Positions 55,438 through 64,000 of a stretch of 64,000 nucleotides of DNA are shown here, in pieces. Both the position numbers and the translations under genes were made by a program. Numbering within the stretch: the stretch's first letter is position 1; every line of letters starts with the position of its first letter. Under the pieces are notes generated by a model that saw only the letters and a program-made list of their open reading frames with translations, was not told the DNA's origin and did no database searches. The stretch covers positions 1 through 64,000 of the forward strand of contig ADNK01003252.1 in assembly GCA_000320545.1 (NCBI GenBank), given 5' to 3'. Source of the DNA: Bigelowiella natans CCMP2755. Taxonomy: Eukaryota > Protista > Cercozoa.

Positions 55438-58400
55438 GATCGTTGTGTAGACATGGCCTTCAGGAAGTTTTTGCTCAGAGTGGAGGCCTTGCGCCGCCAG
55501 AATTTTGCCGCTAGTGTCATTGCTTCACAATGCATCAACCTTGTAGTCTGTTCCCCTGCCTTCCCTGGCAAACCGTTCTCCATTGGTGACCCTGCTGCTT
55601 GCTGGGCCCAAGCTTCGTTTGCATGCTGGAAAAAAGGTGCAGGCCACCACCAGCTCATCGGCGTCCGAAAGGCTTCCTCTGTGCAATGCAAATTTTCATT
55701 CCATGACACTGGTGCCAAGGACCTAGTCAATCAATGGCGCCCCCCCAGAATTGCTCTCAAGGAGCTTCTCGCACAATCTCATGCTGTGCCCGACAACGAA
55801 GTCGGTGCATGTGTTTCACGCCTTGCCCAATTGGTGCGGGCAGTCAACCAGCCCGCGACCTCCAGCCAAGCTGATCTTGCTGACCACGCCACCACACCAC
55901 TGACGCATGCTTCCCCCGGGGAAGGCCAGCAAAAAGATGGCAAAGCAGGAGCTCCCTCCAGTGACAGCCATCCGCCAAGTCCGTCACCCATGCATCCCTC
56001 AGACCACAAACGAAGTGAGAGCCACAAGGGGATGAAGAAGAAAAAGAAATCAAACAATGAAAAGTCACCCCACCTTCAGAATCCGAGCGAAGAGGAACCG
56101 AGTGAAACCCCCCCACCATTGAATGCAAAGGCCATCGTCGTCTTCTCATCAAAGAGCAAACTTGAGCAGTCAAGAACAAGGTCACCAGTTCCTTTCCGCA
56201 GTTGCAAGGAAGGGTGTCCAAAGTCATCCATCGCAAGGGACATCACTCTTCAAGGGGCAACCGCACAATGATCGCATTCAATTCCGATTCACCCTTCGAT
56301 TGTGCGAATGAGTCCCTTGACCAGCTGAACGACAACCTCAATTTGAGAGTGGTCGTTTGGCTCCCCACCGACAAGCGGAAGCGCAAGTCGGTGGGCAACT
56401 CCCCCCCCTGAAGGGGGACCCCCGGGAAGGTCGCACGTGAACGTCGCCGCCGCGCGCACCTTCCCGCCGCTGCAAGGGACACTCCATCAAAAGCAGCCTT
56501 CTTCAATTCACGTGGCCTGCGGAATGAGAGGAGCCCACCAATCAAGTCCCTTGCCAGAGGAAAAATTGACGTCGCGTGTCCATTTGATGCCAAGTTGCAA
56601 AACGAAGACGTCTCAGGCGGCGTCCATGAGTGCCATGCATTGGATGAAACGCGGCTCAGAGGAATGGGGATCTTGAGCAAGATCCCGCCATCAATCCTCT
56701 CCCACGATGAATTCAACGCATGGTTCAAGCATTGGCAACAATGAACTGGCATTTCACACGGCCCACTGGCCTTGTGCTGGAGACACCCGCCGCAGGGAGG
56801 CTCTCAGTGCATTCCTGATGGGCGAACGAATCATCGGAGCACGTGGGGACTCGAAATCCAACCGCGAAGGCGAAAACCTTCTCCAAACCATGAGTGATCT
56901 GGGCAAACACCATGTCGATCTTGAATGGAACATCGCGATGGGGAAACACACGAGAGTGGAGCACATTGGTGCCAATGGTGTTCTCCAAGTTCAACTCTCA
57001 TCCCCAGACCACACGTTCTGCACCTCTGAAGCCATTGTGCGCGGGGCATCCACTTTCCTGTCCTGCGACACCCTCGGCAGTGATTGCAAACAACAAGTGG
57101 TGGCATTCCCACGATGGGGTGTGAAGCCACCCCAACCACCACCTGAACGTTCGTGGAACAGGTCTGGGGTCCGCATGCAAGCCCTTGGTCAAGCTCTTGC
57201 AAACCACGAATGGCATGAATGCCTTCCCGTCGATGTGACCAACACCATCCTGGCAAAAGCTGGGCGTGCAGTTGGCAAAAAACGCCCCAACAGGAAACCC
57301 TTCGTCCATCACAGTCCTCACGTTGACTCCCTCGGATCACAACTTCGTGAATGCGAGCACCTTGTCTCACAAGGAGACCGTCGACTTGTGCCCATGCCAG
57401 CATGGCTGGTCGCCTTGGACGTGACCTCAACAGATCACTGCGCAATGTCAAGAAGCACAGCACCAACGCTTGCCACCGCAGACTCGAGAGCCTCGATGGA
57501 GACGCAGCCAGCTTCTGGTGCCAGACTCCACTTCGAGAGAAAACTGACTCTGCCCCGATGGCTGTGCGTGTTGATGGCGTCCTTGAGGATGGTGCTGCCT
57601 CCTCCAGGGATGGAGAGCTCACTTCAGGGACCCAGCCTCCACATGGCCCACACCCTTTCTGATGAAATCTGTCCCTTCGCATTCGACACCGACTTCAAAA
57701 GGCAGGTCGAAACAGAACTCACTCACCCAGAGGAGAGCTCAGGACCTTCCCCTCTTGATCACGACTTCGTTTGGGAGGAGACACAATCCCAAATCGCCAA
57801 GTGGAAGCCAAACAAAGCGGCGGGCCCAGATGAGATCCTTCCCATCTTCATCAAATCGGCAGCAACTTGCAGCAAAGACGTTGATGAGTCAACCCTGCCC
57901 ACTGCCCTCACGGCAATGGCCAACGCTGCACTTGACAATTGGCCCCCACGCTGGAGAGAAGGCATCGCAGCTCCTCTCTTTGAGGGAAAGGGATCCAACC
58001 CAGAGTTCACCAACTGCAGAGGCATTGCACTTCTCAATGCCCTCAGCAAGCTGGTGTCTGGTGCTGCAACGACGAGAGTCCACGAATGCCTGGAAAGTGA
58101 CAACCATCTTGCGGACGAACAAGGTGGTTTTCGAAGGAATCGCGGCACTGACTTCCACATCTTTGACCTGCATCAAACACTTTGTCTCTGCAAGGCCCAA
58201 AACCTGGGATCCACAGTTGCTTTCATCGACCTGCGCAAAGCCTGCGATGAAGTTTGGACTCAAGGTCCACGAGCTGAGCTTCCAAGAAGTGGTGTGACGG
58301 GTGAAATGCACAACCTCTTCAAGAGTGTGCTGGCCTCCCAATCACGCAGGGTCAGGTCCCCGATTGATCAATCTCTGAGCCAACCCTTCCGTGTTGACCA

Positions 58401-59340
58401 AGGTCTCCCTCAAGGTGCCCCTGAATCACCAGTTCCGTTTGCGTTGTTCATTGACGACCTCATGGAACGACTGAGACAGCGTGGCTGTGGCGTCCAGTTT
58501 GCAAATGCTCGCAGACCAGGACTCTTCTTTGCTGATGACATCGCTTTGGTTGCTGCCACTCCTCTTGACATCAAGCTGGCTCTCGAAGTGACGACTCAAT
58601 GGTGCAGAGGATGGAGACTCAAGGCCAACGGAGACGCACAAGTCTGGCATCGTGATTGTCGGGTCTTCTGTTCTCAAACAGGATTGCTCACGATGTGAGT
58701 TTGGATGCTGTGGTGAATTGATGCGCTTGGTGAACCAACACCGGTGTCTGGGAATTGCCTTCCTGACCTCCTTGTCGTTTCATGCGCACACCATGGACAC
58801 TGTGAAAGTGGCGAAGCGAGCTTCTGGCAGGCTCAAGTGCAGCTCCGCAAGGCGTTCAGGCCTCCGTCCCAGAACACGGATCCATCTCTGGAATGCTCTC
58901 GTTCGCCCCATCCTCGAACATGGCATGGGACTGATCTCTCCCATTTTGCCTCAATGCCTCAAAAACCAGCTGCAGAGTGTCCAGACACAGTTCCTCAGAG
59001 AGACTCTTCGAGCCCATGCTGGCATGGCCAACCCCTGTGCTTCTTGTTGTCTGAGTGTGGCCAGGAAGACTTGCAGGCTCGTTGGGACAAGTCTCTCATG
59101 AGCCTCCTGAGTGGGACACGTCAGCAACCTGATGAATCCACGACAAAGGATCTTTTGCACCTCTCCCTGGATCAGGCTGATGCTCTGCGCTCAAGTTGGG
59201 GTCACAACACTGGGTCTGTTCTTCACCGCATCACTGCCTGTGGCCAATCTGCCTGTGGCTTGGACACGTCAGTCAACTTGGACCAGACCCATCCAAAACT
59301 GGTTGATCTTGACCTCAATCGAAGAGTCAGGGCAATGATT
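55438..59340 (+). mobile_element. Non-LTR retrotransposon (LINE), degenerate and 3'-truncated: ORF1-like region, endonuclease remnant, RT
   Basis: KAAGPDEI, NCRGIALLN, QGGFR, FIDLRKACD, GLPQG, FADD, HRCLGI, RPILEHG. The 663-aa ORF has no Tyr. Confidence 0.9.
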
Positions 59341-59344
59341 TGGA

Positions 59345-61792
59345 ACCTTCACGTGATGAATTTTTTCATCACGTGGTGTTTCATTGTGATCAATGTGCGA
59401 TGATTCCAATTCATCAACAACGATGTTCATCACGTGATGACATCATCGTTGCACAATGGTGAAACAATGACATTGAAATCATCACGTGATGATGAACATC
59501 ATCACGTGATGGAAAAATCATCACGTGATGAATTTGAGCCATCATTGCGCAATGAGTTTTGGACCACAGTGGAACATCAATCTTGTGGAACCATGCACGC
59601 GTCAAACACGTTGGAACTCAAGACCACATCGTGTCCAGACGAATGCACGACTTCAGGTGACATCAACGGCGCTCTGCGTGCCACGGAATGCCTCATGCCT
59701 GCCCACTCCCCTGTCGCTGGCGACCCTCTTGGTTGCAAATTGACATTGACAGACAACGTGTTCGGGTCAGAAGTCGCAGTTTGCGAAAGGACTTTCACTT
59801 TCATCGCGTGTTGCCCAACCTCGTCCTTGCGATTGGATGCCTGCCAAGATGCAATCTTTGACACCTGCGCAACCATTGGTTTCAAAGGTCTTGGTGTCCC
59901 ATCAGCGCGCAGCCCGTTGTCATGCAAAGTCACAACAAACGTGTGGTCACGCACTGCGTCCTTTCTTTTGGTTGCAAACTTCGAGTTGACTGTGGTGCTC
60001 TCAAGCTTGATGCTGTCGCCCGTGCGAAACACTGAAGACTCATCGTCCACAAGACCTGATGACGTTCGCACATTGCAGTCTTCAGGTGTGCTTCCATCGA
60101 TTCGAAGTGCTTCTGTGAGCTTGAGCTTCTCTGCTGCTGTCATGGTTTTGTTGGGGTCTTGCACTCGCCGTCTGCTCTCCACCACCCACCAATTGCAATG
60201 TTCGGTGACGTCAGCTCGCTTGGTCACTTTGGGGTGCATCGACTGCCTCCACATCGCATGCCCGTTGCTCAATGCTGACATCGACCTTTGTTCAACGGCA
60301 GAAGCGTTTCTCACACTGCGCACCATGCGTTCTGACCACGCAGCCCAAGAACCTTTTGCAGGGCCCCATTTCACCACGTGCTCGGGCATGTGAATGAACA
60401 CATGAGTTGTGATTGTTGCCAGGTGGCTGGGGTGGGTCGCCTCGAACTCGAGAACTGCATTTCTCATTCCTCTTTTCAGTGCATCAAGCTCTGACACGCG
60501 GAAGGAGTCTTCCAAACATCTGCTGATGCAACGTGGCAGCCTGTTGGTCACTCTTGCGTGTCGTCTTGGCACTGTTGCATCGACAGCCAATTCGCATGGC
60601 CCTGAACGCGCCATGCGCACATGGTCAATCACACGTCTTCCCTGTCTTGACTCAGTCATTCCAGGATGCAATTCTTTTTCCTCCTGCTTCGAAACGCTGA
60701 CCCCGTGCTTGTTCTGGAATGGAGACTTGGGATTGTGTGTCCATGTCGCGTGCAGAATCCGGACTTCTGGGACTTTGACTGCTTGTTCATTCAGCAGCCA
60801 TGGAAGATTGAGTGGGAACCTGTGCACTTGTTGCGATCAATCACATCGCATCATTCGATCTGCAACGATTTGGACAATTGTGATTGCCATCGTTGATCAG
60901 TGTTCACTGGCATTTTTTCACCCTGCAAAGTTCTTTCGCCAAAAGCCATCGTGGCTTTCGTGCACGGTGTCATCCTCCTCCTCAACGTCCAAGATTTCTG
61001 CCAGTCGCACATGATCTTGTCCACCACCTGCTTGTTGTGCTGGATTTGCTCGCAGCAAGTGTCGGTCATCTGCTTGTTGCACATCCCGGTGGACGACCTC
61101 ATCCTCTCCGCCACTTGACACGCTGGACACTTCACAGTGGTCATCCGATTGTTCGTGGTCATCGTCGACAGAGACAGATTTGGCACCTTCGGATGAGGCG
61201 GCGGAGCAATCAAGTCCATCGTCGTCATCGTTGCCGGTGATGCTTTCATCACCTTCTGACCCGCTCCCACCGTGATTGGATGCACAGATTGATTTGAAAC
61301 TGATCTCCAAGTCCGACCCGAATTTCTTCTCGTGGCGTCTTTGATTGCGCCTGCTCATGACTGATCCTCCCACTGCTCTGCACTGTCTGCACAAGCACAT
61401 TGCTGTTTCCGGCTCAGTTCGCCTCCTCTCAAATTCACGATGAACGAAGGCAGAAGAGACTGCATTGACTCCATTGACGCGCATTTTTTTTTTTTTTTGG
61501 GTGCGTGCCTCAATTTTTCCGGACTTTGCAAAACGGTTCTTCGGATGAAAACAAGCAATGCTGGAATGCGTCTTCTCCCTGCGACACGATGCCAATTTTG
61601 CCGCAGCTGCGAAAACGAGCTTGCGTGTTGCGCTTCCATCACCCACGAACGAGAGGTGCGGACTTCATTGGCTGCGAGAGCGGACATCATCAGCACGTGC
61701 AGGTGCACACAAACGAGACGGACATCACTGCACTGGCGAGAGGACATCGATGTGATCATGGACCAAGAAAGCAAACAAACTCCAACAAAAGC
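59345..61792 (-). mobile_element. CACTA/EnSpm-like DNA transposon copy with an internal deletion
   Basis: HVFIHMPEHVVKWGPAKGSWAAWSER resembles the DUF4218-type block. The 5' part is near-identical to the opposite copy up to the breakpoint at 60923. Confidence 0.7.
59350..59560. repeat. Array of 14-bp palindromes (TCATCACGTGATGA / TCATTGCGCAATGA); second array at ~63403-63575
   Basis: Visible directly as repeated palindromes in both CACTA-like copies. Confidence 0.8.
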
Positions 61793-62143
61793 GTCAAACC
61801 TGGAATCTTGGAAAGACGCATGTGAGCATGCCCCAGCCACAGTGAGCACAACGAACGTTGCACAAGCAATGACAACCTGGAAAACGACTTTGCCCCTTGC
61901 ATCCAAAGCACTTCAACAATTCAATGCAACTGCGGCCTCTTCTTCCACAAGCCACCGTTCTCAGCCGCCTCCAAAGTCAACGAGAAAGTCACTGCACTCG
62001 ATGCTCAGGAGAGTCCAGCTCAGCAGAAAAGACCATCGTGTTTGCAAACACCGAAAACAGTCAGCGGTCTCTGAGTCCATGAAAGATTTTTTGTCTTCTT
62101 CAAGAAGGAAAAAATCAAACGAGAGAAAGGTCATGCTCGCAGT

Positions 62144-64000
62144 GCTTTCATCAGAGTTTGTTTGCTCTCTTGGTCCATGACCACATCGATGTCCTCTCGC
62201 CAGCATGGTGATGTCCGTCTCGTTTGTGTGCACAGGCCTGCACGTGCTGATGTCCGCTCTCGCAGCCAATGAAGTCCGCACCTCTCGTGCATGGATGATG
62301 GAAGCAACACGTGAGCTCGTTTTCGCAGCGGCAGCAAAATTGGCATCACGTCGCAGGAAGAAGACGTGTTGCTTGTTTTCATCCAAAGAAACGTTTTGCA
62401 AAGTCCGGAAAAATTGACGGTCGACACGCGCCCAAAAAAAAAAAAAATCATGAAAAAATTGCGCGTCAAAAAAAAAAAAATGCGCGTCAATGGAGTCAAT
62501 GCAGTCTCTTCTGCCTTCGTTCATCGTGAATTTGAGAGGAGGCGAACTGAGCCGGAAACAGCAATGTGCTTGTGCAGACAGTGCAGAGCAGTGGGAGGAT
62601 CAGTCATGAGCAGGCGCAATCAAAGACGCCACGAGAAGAAATTCGGGTCGGACTTGGAGATCAGTTTCAAATCAATCTGTGCATCCAATCACGGTGGGAG
62701 CGGGTCAGAAGGTGATGAAAGCATCACCAGCAACAATGACGACGATGGACTTGATTGCCCCGCCGCCTCATCCGAAGATGCCAAGTCTGTCTCTGTCGAC
62801 GATGACCACGAACAATCGGATGACCACTGTGAAGTGTCCAGCGTGTCAAGTGGCGGAGAGGATGAGGTCGTCCACCGGGATGTGCAACAAGCAGATGACC
62901 GACACTTGCTGCGAGCAAATCCAGCACAACAAGCAGGTGGTGGACAAGATCATGTGCGACTGGCAGAAATCTTGGACGTTGAGGAGGAGGATGACACCGC
63001 ACACGAAAGCCACGACAGCTTTTGGCGAAAGAACTTTGCAGCCATGCACGAGACGCCGGATGAAGAGACAGAGTTGATGCAATTGGTGGCAAATTGCAGG
63101 CGCAAGGCGGACACGAAGGAAGAGGTGTTCAATTTCCTCAAGAGCATGTGTGACGCAAGACTCACAAGGAAAGTTGCCCAGAATTTGCTGAAACAATTTG
63201 ACACCTTGCCAAAGAGCAAGGGAGAACGAGAAGTTTGCTCCAATTGGAAGCAGCTCAACAATCTCATCCAGTCTTCTGTCCCTGTGAATCAGCAAGTGGT
63301 GTTTGAACGTGTGCGTGTTTGCATCAAGGATTGCACCGCGTTCAGAGGACCCAACCTCCCAAGGAGAACGTGCCCTCACTGCAATTCCAAAAGGCATTGT
63401 GTGTTCATTGCGCAATGAATTGTCACTGGCCCTGATGATGTTCACTTCTTGATGATTTTCACTGCGCAATGATGTTCACCTCTTGACAAATTCATTGCGC
63501 ATTGACACTCACCTCTCAATGAATTCATTGCGCAATGACGTTCACCTCTCAATGAATTCATCACGTGATGATGTTCATCTCTTGGTGATTTTGAATTCCC
63601 AGCCAACACGTTGCAGTGTTTGATGTTTGGCTCTTGGATGCACGTCCTCCACCATCGGTGTCATGACGTCTGCTCCCTTGCGATGTTTCTGCTCATTTCC
63701 GCTTGTGGCATTCGTCAGAAGACCACACTCAGTCAAAGAGAACGTTGAAATTCTCACTTCTTGGTGTGCCAAGCGCGACCAACAACCAACCGTGTTGAAA
63801 GACATGCGCGACGGCCTTCTGTGTCGCAAGCGCTTTTCAGAATCGAAAGATGCACATTGCACTGATTCCAAGTTCAACATCGCCATCAGTCCAGCAGGAG
63901 ACGGTGTCCAGAAATCGTCTCTGACAGACAAATCAGTGTTCCCGATTGCGGCTCGCGTTGAGTCAACAGACACCAGCGTCAAGATGGATGACAACCTGCA
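62144..64000 (+). mobile_element. CACTA/EnSpm-like (Transposase_21-type) transposon copy, running off the right edge
   Basis: VCIKDCTAFRG...CPHCNSKR Cys motif, then LKDMRDG...NIAISPAGDGVQ...SVFPI at ~63790-63950. Confidence 0.72.

Noticed and set aside
55730-64000. ADAR-type RNA editing fixed by reverse transcription
   Set aside because: Both strands, a DNA transposon and LTR flanks are affected, and TAG is disfavoured rather than preferred. It cannot be the sole explanation.
1-64000. tRNA/rRNA genes, and the gene for the mutator itself
   Set aside because: No RNA gene was recognised, and no deaminase (HxE...PCxxC) or methyltransferase motif was seen in this window.

Overview
Eukaryotic genomic DNA from an intron-rich, microsatellite-rich protist-like genome; the taxon cannot be determined from the sequence. 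It has two compartments. (1) AT-rich host DNA with spliced genes: the 5' part of a YchF/OLA1 GTPase, a phosphoinositide phospholipase C, Utp11, an ADAM-type metalloprotease fused to a CAP domain with a duplicated prodomain, a secreted esterase, and a long coiled-coil gene. (2) Transposon blocks at about 0.7-1.8, 21.7-39.8, 42.2-43.9 and 55.5-64 kb: nested Ty1/copia elements, two solo LTRs with target-site duplications, a LINE, and head-to-head CACTA-like transposase copies. The main signal is that all transposon blocks, across three TE classes, have lost almost every TpA dinucleotide by TA->TG or TA->CA change, which is A->G on either strand. Conserved Tyr codons became Cys or His, sister copies differ as CA versus TG at the same site, surviving TAs are mostly in CTAG/TAG context, and the change extends into flanking DNA while genes are spared. 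This looks like a repeat-targeted A-to-G DNA hypermutation system, the mirror image of fungal RIP. All counts were made by eye, and exon boundaries are approximate unless stated.
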